Below are positions 26,966-42,524 of a stretch of 64,000 bases of DNA, piece after piece; position 1 is the stretch's first letter, and each line of letters starts with the position of its first letter. The notes beneath the pieces were generated by a model that was not told the origin of the DNA, did no database searches, and saw nothing but the letters and a program-made list of their open reading frames with translations. The stretch comes from Octopus vulgaris. Lineage: Eukaryota. The translations under genes were made by a program, and so were the position numbers. The stretch is taken from the NCBI GenBank assembly GCA_951406725.2, contig OX597837.1, forward strand, positions 3,844,001-3,908,000, read 5' to 3'.

Positions 26966-27263
26966 AATTAATAATGTAGGTTTAATACGTCTTTCTCAAC
27001 CGCTGATTGGATCTTCGTGGTTGTCTTCCCTGTTTACAACGATGTTCTAATTGTTTTCAAATTTGGTATATCGATTAAGTTTTGTCTACTAATTATGAAA
27101 ATGAAATTCATTTTCTCCATAAATCAGTAATTAAAACGTTATTAGCCTTTAAATTTGCAATCAGAAGCGAGTATTTTAGACATCACCGTGGCGAAGAAGT
27201 CTGTTGCTATAGTAACTAAAATGCTGTGCATGCGCACAAGGAGTGTAGCTACCACTTGTTCTA

Positions 27264-27622
27264 CAGAGTGATTGAAAAGTCGCCATAAAAAGGAGCGATT
27301 TATCTTTTTCATAAGAAACATTTTATATGAAACATTTAAAAAAATTTATTTAACAGTCTCTATATGGTTACCCTTGTTTTGAATACAGATTGCAATACGT
27401 TTACCCCGCTCATTGTGGACTTGTAATTGCACATCTGGTGCAAAGGAGTTGGTGAAGCGTTCCTTCAAATCATTTACGTCTTTTATCTTTCCGCGATACA
27501 CCATGCCTTTCAAATGACCCCAAAGATAGAAATCAAGAGAGGTCAGATCAGGGGATCTTATAAGCTGTCTCTTATAAAAAAAATAATTTTGTCCTATGTA
27601 TGGAGACTTTTGAATCATCCTG
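27264..27622 (-). mobile_element. Mariner-like (DDxD) deletion derivative
   Basis: TA flanks, ~24-bp imperfect TIRs, transposase C-terminus RSPDLTSLDFYLWGHLKGMVY..CIQNKGNHIE. Confidence 0.85.
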
Positions 27623-28589
27623 TATAATTGTTTGTTTTCATAACTGATGGGACTTGCAATAAAAAAATTGAAAGTACCTCGCATGGATGACTCTTATGGC
27701 TGTGAATTTATACGGAGAAGAAGATACGAGAAATATTTATTTGTGAATTTATAAACGATTTATTTATGAATTTACAAATTTATGAGGAAGATATAAGAGA
27801 AAGATTTATTTTATAAAATCCCAGAGTGTATAGCAAACTTTCTTTCTTGAATTTTTTAAACTAACAAATGTACGTTTTAAACAATGCTTTGACTGTTTAT
27901 TTCTAGCAACTCCTGTAGATTTGTTCGTAGCTTTTAAATACTTAATTTTCTCGATAATATTTTAATGTGAATTTTGATCGTGTATATTTTAATGTTTTGA
28001 CTGTTATTTCTAGCAACTCCTGTTGGGTGGTTCATTGCTTTTAAATATTTAATTTGCACGCGTGATAGTTTAATGTTTTGACATGCCGATGCACCAGCTA
28101 TGATGATGAAGTGGGCAGCGAACGTGCTATTTTCTGATTGATTGAAAATTCTGAAATTTATCAAACTGAATACCTGTACCATTTTTGAAAATTTTTTTTT
28201 CTGGAATACCAAATTCGGATTCAGCGTCAAAAATGACATCTATCTATATGACACATTAAATATTTTTTTTTGTTCAAGATAATTGTAAACAGTGACGTAA
28301 ACTACAAAAATCCTTAAGTTATTCGGAAAAAAAATAAGTGAAGCCAATCTTAATACTTTTTCTTTGTTTGCTTTTGAAGATCGGAAATATATATCAAAGA
28401 TTATCCATGTAGAGCGTTAATCAAGAGTTCAATTAAAAACAGATTGTTAAACTCTAGAACATTATTAAATCGCTGTAAATCCTAGTGGAACCAACTTGAA
28501 TGTATATACATAATTGGCTAAAACGATGTTTAAGAGCAAAATATGTCAAGTAAAATCAGAAAACATTACATTTATAGTTCCTATTTTGT

Positions 28590-29085
28590 GGAGGCGCAAT
28601 GGCCCAGGGTTTGGGCAGTGGACTCGCGGTTTCAATTCCCAGAACAGGCATTATGAGTGTTTATTGAGTGAAAAACACCTAAAGCTCCACTAGGCTCCGG
28701 CAGGGGGTGGTGGTGAACGCAGCTGTACTCTTTCACCACAACTTTCTCTCTTTCTTCCTGTTTCTGCTGTAACTCTATTTCAAAGGGCCAGCCTAGCCGT
28801 GTCACACTCTGAGGCACGCTGGATCTCCCCGAGAACTACTTTAAGGGTACACGTGTCTGTGGAGTGCTCAGCCACTTACACGTTAATAAATGAGCTGCGA
28901 CGTCAATGGTGCCAAGCTGTATCGGCCTTTGCCTTTTCCTTGGATAACATCGGTGGCGTGGAGAGGGGAAGGCCAGTATGCATGGGTGACTGCTGGTCTT
29001 CCTCAAACAGCCTTGTCCAGACTTGTGTTTCTGAGAGTAACTTTCTAGGTGCAATCCAATGACCATTCATGACCGAAGGGGGTCA
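28590..29085 (+). mobile_element. Composite SINE: C head + F body + E tail
   Basis: Segments match 35181, 26760 (reverse) and 17460-17655 in turn. Confidence 0.75.
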
Positions 29086-29934
29086 CAGCAACAATATAGT
29101 TCATATTCTAAGCGTATTTGACAACTGTTTCCTTAAGATAAATACCGCCAAATGTATAATTACATAATTGTGATACGTAATGAATTTAAATTAAATTAAA
29201 TCACTGTTACTTTGAAAACAGTGTATTTCTCAAACTTCAGGAGTGTTATGTTAACCCGAAAATCGTTCCTGGGTTATCTGAAGAATTAAGTAAATAGTCA
29301 AAAACACATACGCATCATTCAAGAGTTGTCTGAAATGGGTAAAAATGAAACATAACTATCTATAAACATGTACATAAATATTTATGCGAAGGCAGTGAAT
29401 CATACATTTTGAAAGCATTGTATTTAACTTTGGAAGATAAATGTGAGGAAATCTAAGAATGAATAATATTTTGTATCATAAACTTCCGATTTAAACATAT
29501 TTTTGCCAAAGATTAATATTTAAAACAATAAATGGTATTTGGCCCGTTAGGCAAGTATAAACAGTCTCATCTACAAGCAGTGATGTTCTTGATAGTGCAG
29601 ACACGCGCGCGCACACACGCATACACGCACGTACACACATACACCAACAAGTGCATACACACAAAAACACATGAACATACACACACATATGTATGCATGT
29701 GTGTGCGATTATGTACGCCTGTATGTGTGTGCATTACCACACTAATAGACTTGCCTTCTACTCATACACCTGTCTTCGTCTTTTGCTTTGAAAATTTCAA
29801 TAATATATATATATCAGATATAAATATATCAGCGGTGGTGCCCCAGCATGGCCGCGGCCTTCGGGCTAAGACAACAGATGCATTAGTACAAAACAAACAG
29901 ATGCATTAGTATAACGCTGAGGAATAAAAAAAGT

Positions 29935-29970
29935 CTTTCACGTTTCGAGCCTACGCTCTTCTACAGAAAG
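29935..29970 (-). ncRNA. Hammerhead-like motif, A6U core, GUG triplet (probably inactive)
   Basis: cttt CTGTAGA a gagc-gtag-gctc GAAA cg TG aaag. Confidence 0.6.
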
Positions 29971-30284
29971 GGGCACATAAAAATACAAGGAGAGAAACAA
30001 GGAGAGAAAAAAAGGAGAGAAAAAATTGGTGTAGTGGCTAACGATCTACCATGGCGTCTATACACACAATCGCTTTCAAAGGTTTTAAAGCCAGCTACTT
30101 TAGCTGGTTTTATAGATACAGAGTCCAATAGAATCGACGTATTTTGAAAACATAGGGACTAAGGTAGAGTCGAGGATAGCATACCTGCATATTAACAGTG
30201 TGTACGGACATTCACGTACTTACTTTCTTAAAAGATGTAATTGATGTGTTCATCAATAAAAAACTCATTCGAAACAGCTGTAGT

Positions 30285-30365
<81 letters not shown>

Positions 30366-30368
<3 letters not shown>

Positions 30369-30710
30369 GCTCTCATGGCTTCTTAACCGATTGGAAGTGT
30401 TATCATGTACATTGTTTTGTCTTGGTATAAAAGATGGGCTAACAGAAAATATTCTGCTCAATACCACAGATTTGCTTGTCAGTTGTTTGACCTTAACCAG
30501 TTGAGCATGTCAATTAGTGGCTGACGATATGTGCATCTCTGATCACGAGCAGAAGTAGTGGGGAGGGAGCATCATAGCTGTGTGTTGAAAGGAATTCTTA
30601 GAGGTTTGAATAATTCACCTTTGGAAACATGAGTGTTTTGTTCAACATCCTTAAACAACCCTTATTCTTCAACCAACAACATCTTGATATAGGATACTGT
30701 GCGACGTCTT

Positions 30711-30759
<49 letters not shown>

Positions 30760-31310
30760 ATTATTATTATTATTATTGAGTGAGAGAGCAGTTCATGCCA
30801 TCAAAGTGACACCGGGGTAAAATATACGAAGCCCAATATACCCATCATGACTACCCGACTGATAAGGGTACACCAGGCACATGCATCACAACCATACGTG
30901 CGCGACATGGTGATCTTATATCAAGACAAACAGCACATGACCTTGCAGGTGGGGCCCAGTTAGAATTTTCTTCAGGTTGAGTAGCCCATCCCGCTCAAAA
31001 GGTCCCTGAATAAGGGTTGTTTAAGGACGTTGAACGAAACACCCATGTTTCCAGAGGTGAATCATTCAAACCCCAAAGAATCCTTCTCAACACATGGCTA
31101 CGATGCTCCCCCACTACTTCTGCTCGTGATCAGAGATGCACATATCGTCAGCCACAAAGGGACATGCTCAACTGGTTAAAGTTAAACAACTGACAAGCAA
31201 ATCTGTGGTATTGAGCAGAATATTTGCTGTAGCCCATCTTTTATACCAAAACAAAACAATGTACATGATAACACTTCCAATCAGTTAAGATCAGAAGCCA
31301 TAAAGTCTAA

Positions 31311-31376
<66 letters not shown>

Positions 31377-31874
31377 TGAGTGAGAGAGCAGTTCATGTCA
31401 TCAAAGTGACACTGGGGTAAAATATACGAAGCCCAATATACCCATCATGACTACCCGTCTGATAAAGGTACACCAGGCACATGCATCACAACCATATGTG
31501 CGCGACATGGTGATCTCATATCAAGATAAACAGCACATGACCTTGCAGGTGGGGCCCAGTTAGAATTTTCTTCAGGTTGAGTAGCCCATCCCGCTCAAAC
31601 GGTCCCTGAATAAGGGTTGCTTAAGGATGTTGAAAGAACCACCCATGTTTCCAGAGGTGAACTATTCAAACCCCAAAGAATCCCTCTCAACACATGGCTA
31701 TGATGCTCCCCCACTACTTCTTCTCGTGATCAGAGATGCACATATCGTCAGCCACTAAGGGACATGCTCAACTGGTTAAGGTCAAACAACTGACAAGCAA
31801 ATCTGTGGTATTGAGCAGAATATTTGCTGTAGCCCATCTTTTATACCAAGACAAATCAATGTACATGATAACAC
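30366..31874. mobile_element. Cluster of family D (~560-bp non-coding repeat): 30366-30667 in one orientation; 30778-31301 and 31378-31874 tandem in the opposite orientation
   Basis: High mutual similarity and similarity to 41942-42524; copies separated by (TTA)n. Confidence 0.9.
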
Positions 31875-31881
31875 CAAAACA

Positions 31882-31926
<45 letters not shown>

Positions 31927-32033
31927 TTTATTATTTTTCTTCTTCTTCTTCTTCTTCTTCTTCTTCTTCTTCTTCTTCTTCTTCTTCTTTATTATTATTA
32001 TTGTTATTATTATTATTATCATTATTATTATTA

Positions 32034-32136
<103 letters not shown>

Positions 32137-33324
32137 CATTATTATCATTATTATTATTCCATCACCAATAATACAAAATTATCCGGGTATTTACTTATCT
32201 GGAAAAACCCTAGGAAATGTGTTGCTTGATACTAATAAGACGATGATAGATGTTAACGCTGTATTCCCTTATTTAAATTTGTTGATTCTTCCACATTCGA
32301 AGAATATTTAATAACCATTTTATTAGTTTTCGCCCAGTCTTGTACATCGATTCTCACAAATATCGTGTAAATTATTGACCCTCACAAAGGAAATAAGGTC
32401 AAATAGCCTCTAATGCAATTTTCAAAGAAACCCATATAGGCGATATCGGTTCTGTATCTTACCAAAGAAACATAGGGCAGAATTGGTTGTGCTCTGCGAA
32501 ATATTAGTTGAACAGCACAAATTTGATAAAATGTAATTCCCTTTCCTGCCTTCTCCTGCACGCACCAATATTGGGTTTCGCAATTACTTACAGTCTATTA
32601 AATTGACATTAGTTTGCAAATATATTTTCAATGGAAACGATGCTGAATATTTATTCTGACAGCAAAACAGCCATCTGGAATTTATCATTACTGAAGCGAC
32701 GGTATAATAAACGGAAGATGTTCTCTGGCATGTTTCGTCTTTCGAAACACGGAATAAACAAATGTGGAAACCTAAATTCCATCACTGTCGTTACCATGGC
32801 TCTGTGGTTAAAGAAATTCGCTTTGGAACCACGTGCTTTCGGTTTCAGTTACATTGCGTAGCATCTTAGACGAGTATCTACTAATATATAGCACCGGACC
32901 GACTAATGATTTCTGAGAGACTCCAGTGGACGTTAAGTGTCTCAAAGCATTCGTACGCTACAACCTCCAGCTTCACGTCTGTCTTCTGCCCCAATCTTTC
33001 TTTCGTTGTTCCCGCCGCAGAATATGACCGCTTGATTTTGCCTATTTCTCTTGATATACATATATATTTCTCCATACATTACTACACTTTCTTTACCATT
33101 CCTATCCTATTCTATGGTTGGGTTCTAATACGGATCGCAGCAAATCGTCCACCCCCGCCCTTCTCATTCTATCATCACTGCCATAAGGTCCTGGAAACAT
33201 TCCAGGACAGTGTATGCAATAATGTTATTGATGTAAATGTGACAACGTTTTCCTCTTCTTTAAACACCACGAAGTGGGTTCCACAAGACCGATTTGGATG
33301 CTTCCACTTCTGGGTGGCATTGAC

Positions 33325-33422
33325 CAGATAGAAGACACCGGCCTAAGGTGCCACGCAGTGGGAATGAACCCGGAACCCTGTGGTTGAGAATCAAGCTTCT
33401 TAGTACACAGCTATGCCTGCGT
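33325..33422 (-). mobile_element. SINE B head fragment
   Basis: aaggtgccacgcagtgggaatgaacccggaacc. Confidence 0.75.
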
Positions 33423-33608
33423 CTACACACACACAGATATTTATATATACACACCTTTCACTTGCTGCTGCTGTGTTGGGTTGTAAACATTAAGCCATAT
33501 ATACATTATATAACATGTATGTAATATCCAGTGTTTTGTGTGCTAGTGTGTGTTTATGTACGTGTATGAGATTTGCATATTCATGTATGTATACATATCA
33601 TACACACG

Positions 33609-33650
<42 letters not shown>

Positions 33651-34182
33651 CACACGCACGGAGTTTCGCACATGTCGGAGTGAAATCTATCTCATGTAAT
33701 TGAAGTTTGCAAATTAAAGTTCAGCTTGAAACATCAAGGTAAAATTTATCTTCGCCAGATTCTGAAAAATTAATTACTCTTGTGATGTTTCACAATTTTA
33801 AGCAGCACTGCAACAGTAAAACACCATTCCAAACTCTACTTACGTGTTTAACGAGAATTCAATGAAAATAATTCTTCACTTTAAATCTAACTTTGTTAGC
33901 TGCAAATCTGTCGCTTTCTATTAGCTCGAAACTGTGTATTAGTAAAGCGTGCGTTTCTTAAATGCCATTCCACACTTTGTTGTCTTTGGTGGTATTGGTG
34001 GTGGTTTATTATTTAACCCCGGGTCAGTTCTGACTAAGGGTGCAATCCATTGCCGTATGTCCGTACGTGTGACTAATTATAACGAATTGTTGGCTCCTTT
34101 GGTAAGGATCTTCTATAAACCCGGGTCAACCAACGCATTTTGACTGCATTTGGTTAGCAGAAACTGTAAAGAAGCAAGTACT

Positions 34183-34240
<58 letters not shown>

Positions 34241-34244
<4 letters not shown>

Positions 34245-34892
34245 GAAATATTAAAATTACTAAGTCTCTCTAAAAGAGAACAGCGGCAGCGTTCCCGGAA
34301 AATAATAGTTATCGCCATACTAATATGGCATTCTTATAAAAATAAGAATAAAGCTGTCCGTAGCTGCCGGTCAAGTAGTGTGGAGCGACTGACCTCCCTT
34401 GTTCGAAGGTTATATGGATACAGTTTGTGTATCAAATAGCTAACTTAAGGCGATGGCCTCATGGAGCTAATAAGCGGACAGCTTTATTCTTATTTTTATA
34501 AGAATGCCATATTAGTATGGCGATAACTATTATATTCCGGGAACGCTGCCGCTGTTCTCTTTTAGAGAGACTTAGTAATTTTAATATTTCTATTATTGAA
34601 AACAAGTGGATGTATTCCATCGAAACTAGGTAAATAAAACCATCGAACAGAGATTGTCGGAAGCGACACCTACTGGCTGGCTACGCTGCATTGAAAAGGG
34701 GCAATACCCCGAAACGCGTCTGTAGCTGCCGGTCAAGTAGTGTGGAGCGACTGACCTCCCTTGTTCGAAGGTTATATGGATACAGTTTGTGTATCAAATA
34801 GCTAACTTAAGGCGATGGCCTCATGGAGCTAATAAGCGGACAGCTTTATTCTTATTTTTATAAGAATGCCATATTAGTATGGCGATAACTAT

Positions 34893-34898
<6 letters not shown>
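34241..34898 (+). mobile_element. Young non-autonomous PLE/retrozyme-like element: inverted arm + ~1.5 tandem copies of a 362-bp unit
   Basis: 34241-34360 is the reverse complement of 34475-34594; 34360-34536 is repeated at 34722-34898; (TA)n on both sides; internal HHR. Confidence 0.85.
34685..34726 (+). ncRNA. Type I hammerhead, U3-A8 core variant
   Basis: gctgca TTGAAAA gggg-caata-cccc GAAA cgcg TC tgtagc; palindromic stem III acgcgt; predicted cleavage after 34720. Confidence 0.8.
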
Positions 34899-34941
<43 letters not shown>

Positions 34942-35045
34942 GTGAAATAGAAAGATGAATAATCTTGTAGTAGATTAATCAAAAGTTTAACCGATACCTT
35001 AGTAGCAAAAATCACAGCAGTAAAACAGCACGGTTGGAGGTTCAC

Positions 35046-35470
<425 letters not shown>

Positions 35471-35478
35471 ATAAAAAA

Positions 35479-35558
<80 letters not shown>

Positions 35559-35652
35559 ATATGTATATATATATATATATATGTTGATTTGTTAGCTACT
35601 GCACGCATTTTTTTTCTCTCCTTCTTTCTGTGTTTTTTTTCTCTCTGTGTAT

Positions 35653-35688
35653 CTTTCTGTTGAAGAGCGTAGGCTCGAAACGTTAAAG
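35653..35688 (+). ncRNA. Minimal hammerhead, A6U core variant
   Basis: cttt CTGTTGA a gagc-gtag-gctc GAAA cg TT aaag; stems I and II pair perfectly; host element ~35585-35790 lies between (TA)n tracts. Confidence 0.7.
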
Positions 35689-36384
35689 ACTTGTTTTATT
35701 TATATTTCCTGAGCGCCATACTAATACAATTGTTCGTTTGTTTTCCACCTGCCTTCGTCTTTTGTCTATTTTCATAAAGCTTCCCGTTATATATATACAT
35801 ACATACATACATACATATATATATATATGAAGTAGAGCAGAAAGGACGGAACAAGCGGAAATAAAAAAAAAACACAACATACGAGAAAATAGACGCTAGC
35901 ATAACAAACGGCAAACAGGACAAAAAAAAGATACATGGATCATTTGCAGCTGATTTACTCCTCGGTCGGTGTCTGGAAAGTCCTTGCAGTTTCGAGACTG
36001 CTTGAAACCTGGCAAGTTCTAGGAACTTAGGCTAAAAGAATTAAGCCTCTGGGAAAGGCAAACGAATGAATACAAGGACGGAAACAGAAACGAGAAGGCT
36101 AGAATTATACATGTACAACAGAACGCCTTTCGGCTATACGACAGAAGGAAAATAATTGTACATTTACGAATACGTAAAGAACACAAAGGTTCTTTCTACG
36201 GTCGGATGAACGTAACGTTATGAAATAATAATGGAAGTGCAACAGGAAAAGAATTACACACATACAACGGACAAACACCTTTTGGCTATACAACAAAGGG
36301 AAAATAATTGTATAATTACAATATGAATAAATAACAAATAGGGTATTTTGGTTTTCAGACGAACGTCATTAGGTGATCAATGAA

Positions 36385-36598
36385 GAGCGAGCTGTAAAGT
36401 TCCTAGTTTTGGGTAAAAGAAAATACAGGAGGATAAGTTAAATACGATTTTATTCGACATATTTCGCTCTCAAATTCACGCAACTATTACAGCGGTCCTT
36501 CAGTTTTCCGAAGCTCTGCAAAAGAACTAGGAAGGTTGGGTCTCCAGTCAGGCATTTCGCGATACCCTTAATGCCAGGAACTTTTCTCCAGCCCCTCG
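36385..36598. mobile_element. Mariner-type MITE, decayed
   Basis: Right end ccaggaacttttctccagcccctcg|ta; left end gctgtaaagttcctag is a partial inverse. Confidence 0.55.
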
Positions 36599-36814
36599 TA
36601 TACAGTGGTAATCAAATGCTTCGAAAATGTTTTCAAAAATTGAAATAATTATGCCCAATTTGATTCAATATAAAAATTCCAATTTTCAGGCCTATGTTCC
36701 AAATTTTTGGCCAAGTAATATATTGCAAATTAAATATAATGTTGGGCATTTAAAATTAAAATTCTAATTCTCAGACCTATGTTCCACAATTCTGACCACC
36801 ACGACTATATATCC

Positions 36815-37000
36815 AAATGTGTTTGTACCCCCAACATCGCTTGACAACCGATGTTGGTGTGTTTACGGCCCCGCATCCTAGCAGTTCGGCAAAATAGACC
36901 GATGGAATACGTACTAGGCTTACAAAGATTTGCTCGACTAAAGGTGGTGTTCCAGCATGGCCACACTCAAATTATTGAATCATGTAAAAGAGTAGAAAAA
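36815..37000 (+). mobile_element. SINE B 3' half
   Basis: caacatcgcttgacaaccgatgttggtgtgtttac. Confidence 0.8.
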
Positions 37001-37110
37001 GTACTAGACTATGAATAATTAAATTATCTATAACAGTTATTATATTCCCCTCTGCATTGTTGTGCCATCCCATACACGTTACATTTCATATATATTACAT
37101 ATATATACAT

Positions 37111-37182
<72 letters not shown>

Positions 37183-37857
37183 CATATATATATATGTATG
37201 TATGCATATATTTATATATATATATACATATATATACATAATTATCTCTCTCTATATATACACACACACATATATATATATACATATATGCACGCAAGAG
37301 AGAGAAAGAGTAAGTATACACACCACTGTAAAAGAAGTATCCATAGGTGTTTATAACTTAATACAACAATAAATTTTGAGTTATAAATTATATTTCAGAC
37401 TCGTACGCCTTCGACAACAAATGCCATTTCTTCTCATAGTTGACCTAATAGCAAACAAACAGTCAACATGAGAATTTTATATTCGGCCTACAGCATAATG
37501 CAGAGGACTAAAGCTGAAGAAGCTCATAACAATACGAAAACTTTTTGATAGAGCCATAAATGCAGAGAAGTAAACGTATTTCTATGCAAAATGATGTTTG
37601 TGTAGATTTATGTAACCGCAATGGTACACTTGTATTGTGGAGTAAACTTGATTTGGTAGGTATTGCCGTGTTGTTAATGAAAACAGGTGAAGCAACAGGA
37701 TATAATTTTATAGTCATCGCAATAAAATTATTCCAAATTAAATTTAATATCTATGGAAGTATGTGAAGTATCCCATCTGATTTCTATTAGGAATTTATGC
37801 TTGTTATCTACCTCTGTACGTGCGTATTTGTGCAGGTATGTGTGTAGGTATGTAATC

Positions 37858-38947
<1,090 letters not shown>

Positions 38948-39121
38948 TTATTAGTTTCATGTGATGAAAGAAGATCAGATAGCCTTTTTAACACTGGTAT
39001 TTTATCGCAATCCTCAGGCTATCGTGTTTAGCTTGTTATGCCAAGTGCTAAGATACCAAATATGTTAAAAAGCTACTGCCTGAGCTGCTAGTGTCGCAGG
39101 AAAGTAATGGTAGCTCATAAG

Positions 39122-39176
<55 letters not shown>

Positions 39177-39539
39177 TACACAGAAATGGCTTATATACAT
39201 ATATTTATTCACTATAGGCTTACAGTATGTTTATTGTTCGCTCGTATCGGTCGATCTAGTGTTCGATTAAAGAATTAGGAACCACTAACACAAGGCTACC
39301 GAATTACCTGAAGTACAACACCGATCACAGAACCATTTTGGTAGCCTGGTTTAATTTTATCTACAGAAGATTAAGAAGTGTTTCGCATGGTTTTCTAATT
39401 CCTTGTTAATTTCTCTTTATATATATATAAAATTTATATATTTATATATATATTTATTCACTTACATACATGTATATATATATATATATATACTGTATAT
39501 ATATAACGCACTTCGACCGGAAAGGATGAGAGGGAAAAG

Positions 39540-39572
<33 letters not shown>

Positions 39573-39958
39573 CGACCTGAACATTAGCTTCAAGGTTCAT
39601 CCAAGACTGGGACCACGGGCCATACGTCCCCTGCCCAATTCAAGATCACAGCATACATGTACACGGCAACATAATTTCTTTTCCTCAACAGGCCCTGCCC
39701 TATTTAAAATTGTTCCGAAAGAGATCAAAGAGGAAAAGGATCCCTCAACTTTAAACGGAGTCTGAATAGATTCCTTCAGGGAATACCAGATAAGCCACCC
39801 ATAATTGGATACAACTCACCCAACAAAAACTCACTACTTGAATGGACCATAAACAAAACTTGACTTAAACAGGATTCAGATAATCCTATCAGGTGGTGCT
39901 ATTAAGTTAGACATATGCCTGGACCAATCTTTGGTCGAAACATATCTAAGTTTATCTA

Positions 39959-39963
<5 letters not shown>
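39573..39963 (+). pseudogene. CR1-group LINE 3' fragment
   Basis: HNFFSSTGPALFKIVPKEIK, then in a shifted frame RFLQGIPDKPPIIGYNSPNKNSLLEW; ends in a ctaagttta repeat; (TA)n flanks. Confidence 0.65.
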
Positions 39964-40039
<76 letters not shown>

Positions 40040-40042
<3 letters not shown>

Positions 40043-40340
40043 CGAAACGTACGTCCGTAGGTGACTTAATATTGTATGATTGTCGTCATTTCTTTCTCTC
40101 TTGCCTGCGTTTGCCGTTTAAGTGCTGTGGTTTTACAGAGATCTCCCTTTTAGTAGAAAGAATAGCTATAACTCTTTGACTGCTATTTCTAAACTCGGTG
40201 TGTGGTGAGGCAAATCGTTGATAAGCCCTTAATTACTTAGTATTACTTAAACTTTCCTCGAATGGGGCTTTTACATGCCGAAATCTACTTGGTGAAATTA
40301 GTGATTATTCCAAATTAATTAATTTCACCCTATATTACTA
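40040..40340 (+). mobile_element. PLE-like short element (43557 family) starting with an HHR 3' half
   Basis: GAAA cgtacg TC at 40044-40055 right after (TA)n; 40150-40340 matches 43662-43850. Confidence 0.65.
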
Positions 40341-40370
40341 TATGTATATATATGTATATATGTATATGTA

Positions 40371-40442
<72 letters not shown>

Positions 40443-41599
40443 AACACACATATATACTGATACATATATGTATGTTTGCGCGCCCTTATAGATACACACT
40501 TGCGTGCGTGGGTGTTTAGAGAAAAATATATGTATAAATATTTGTTGGCTGTTAATTTACACCAGTAACATTTTGCCTTTTTGGAAGCATTCTGTATTTT
40601 TTATGCTTATGTATTTATTAATGTTAAATGGTAAAAGGCTTGTGTATGCGTGTGATTTTCGGCGTACGTAACTTCATATGTACATAAGAGACTACATGTT
40701 AAGTATGTGCGAATACTTGTTAAGTCTGTGTTCGTGTGAATGCGTTGAGTTGTGTGTAGTTTACTGGTAAATGCAGGTTATATAAGCATAAGAAACCCAT
40801 TTATTCTAGTAGAAAAATACATTGCTAGCAGAGATAAATCACCCCCTCCAGGCATAATTCTCCCCTCAAATGGTTCATTTCACGTGTGGTTTATGTCTTA
40901 TTATAAAGATAATATATCGTTTGACAGCATATATTAGTTAAAGTAGGCAATGACGTTTCGGGTAATAGTAGCAATTTTTTTTTTCTGTTTTGAATAATTA
41001 CATCGTTTGAGAGTTAAACGGAGTTAACCGGAGTTAAACGGAGGACATTTATTTCTCTAATAATTTAAAGTTAAGTCAAAAGGAAAAAGGGAAAACGATA
41101 AAGGAAAAGTACATTTATTTTTCAAATCTATGTAGTTGTAGTCGTAAATGTTCGATCGAAATAGATGGCCATTAACTGAAACGGATTTGATAAAATGTAG
41201 AAGATGTTTTCTGTTATATGGGAAATTATGCCATTCAGTGTTTAATGATGGATAAGTGGTTCATTTTATTTTTTTGTAATCTATCTTTCGCAATTGGTGC
41301 TTGTTTTATTATTTTACCGATACTGGAACAACGATACGCAATGCTGATTTCTCGTTTGAGATTGAAATCAGGATTTAAAGACGCATAAAAATATTCTACA
41401 AGATATTTTGTCATCTGCTCTACTAACTCTCATTATATATTCGCACCATTTTCTCTACGAGTATACCAATTCTATGAAACTATTACGACTACTTTATCCG
41501 TCAATCTACTATTGAAAATCTGAAGTTTCGGTGTCAATAAATTTTTAAGCTGCACCAAACTGGAGCGTTTGAAAACCAGTCCTGTGTATTTCGCTGTGA

Positions 41600-41669
41600 A
41601 TAATTATAACAATAGTAATAATAATGATAATAATAATGATAATAATAATAAGAATAATAATAATAAAAA

Positions 41670-41713
<44 letters not shown>

Positions 41714-41780
41714 ATAGTAGTAGTAGTAATAGTAGTAGTAGTAGTAGTAATAAAAATAATAAAAATAATAATAATAAAAA

Positions 41781-41815
<35 letters not shown>

Positions 41816-41831
41816 ATAGTAGTAGTAGTAA

Positions 41832-41924
<93 letters not shown>

Positions 41925-41943
41925 TAATAATAATAATAATAAT
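41600..41943. repeat. (AAT)n/(AGT)n compound microsatellite
   Basis: Direct reading. Confidence 0.95.
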
Positions 41944-42524
41944 GCCTTGATGCAGTACCAGGCAATGCCCTGATGCAGTACCAGGCAGTGGCTCTCATGG
42001 CTTCTGATCTTAACTGACTGATTGGAAGTGTTATCATGTACATTGATTTGTCTTGGTATAAAAGATGGGCTACAGCAAATATTCTGCTCAATACCACAGA
42101 TTTGCTTGTCAGTTGTTTGATCTTAACCAGTTGAGCATGTCCCTTAGTGGCTGACGATATGTGCATCTCTGATCACGAGCAGAAGTAGTGGGGGAGCATC
42201 GTAGCCATGTGTTGAGAGGGATTCTTTGGGGTTTGAATAATTCACCTTTGGAAACATGGGTGGTTCTTTCAACATCCTTAAACAACCCTTATTCAGGGAC
42301 CTTTTGAGCGGGATGGGCTACTCAACCTGAAGAAAATTCTAACTGGGCCCCACCTGCAAGGTCATGTGCTGTTTATCTTTTTATGAGATCACCATGTCCC
42401 GCACATATGGTTGTGATGCATGTGCCTGGTGTACCCTTATCAGACAGGTAGTCATGATGGGTATATTGGGCTTCGTATATTTTACCCCAGTGTCACTTTG
42501 ATGGCATGAACTGCTCTCTCACTC
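41942..42524. mobile_element. Family D element, longest copy, within (AAT)n
   Basis: Matches the 30-32 kb copies; 23-bp terminal duplication aatgcc.tgatgcagtaccaggc. Confidence 0.88.

Noticed and set aside
27890-28260. Possible DNA transposon remnant (aaattcggattcagcg motif)
   Set aside because: No termini or TSD could be defined
35860-36100. Another HHR element (minus strand gaaactgca)
   Set aside because: No core heptamer or valid cleavage triplet
40946-40965. GAAACGTC half hammerhead on the minus strand
   Set aside because: No 5' core or stems; compatible with chance
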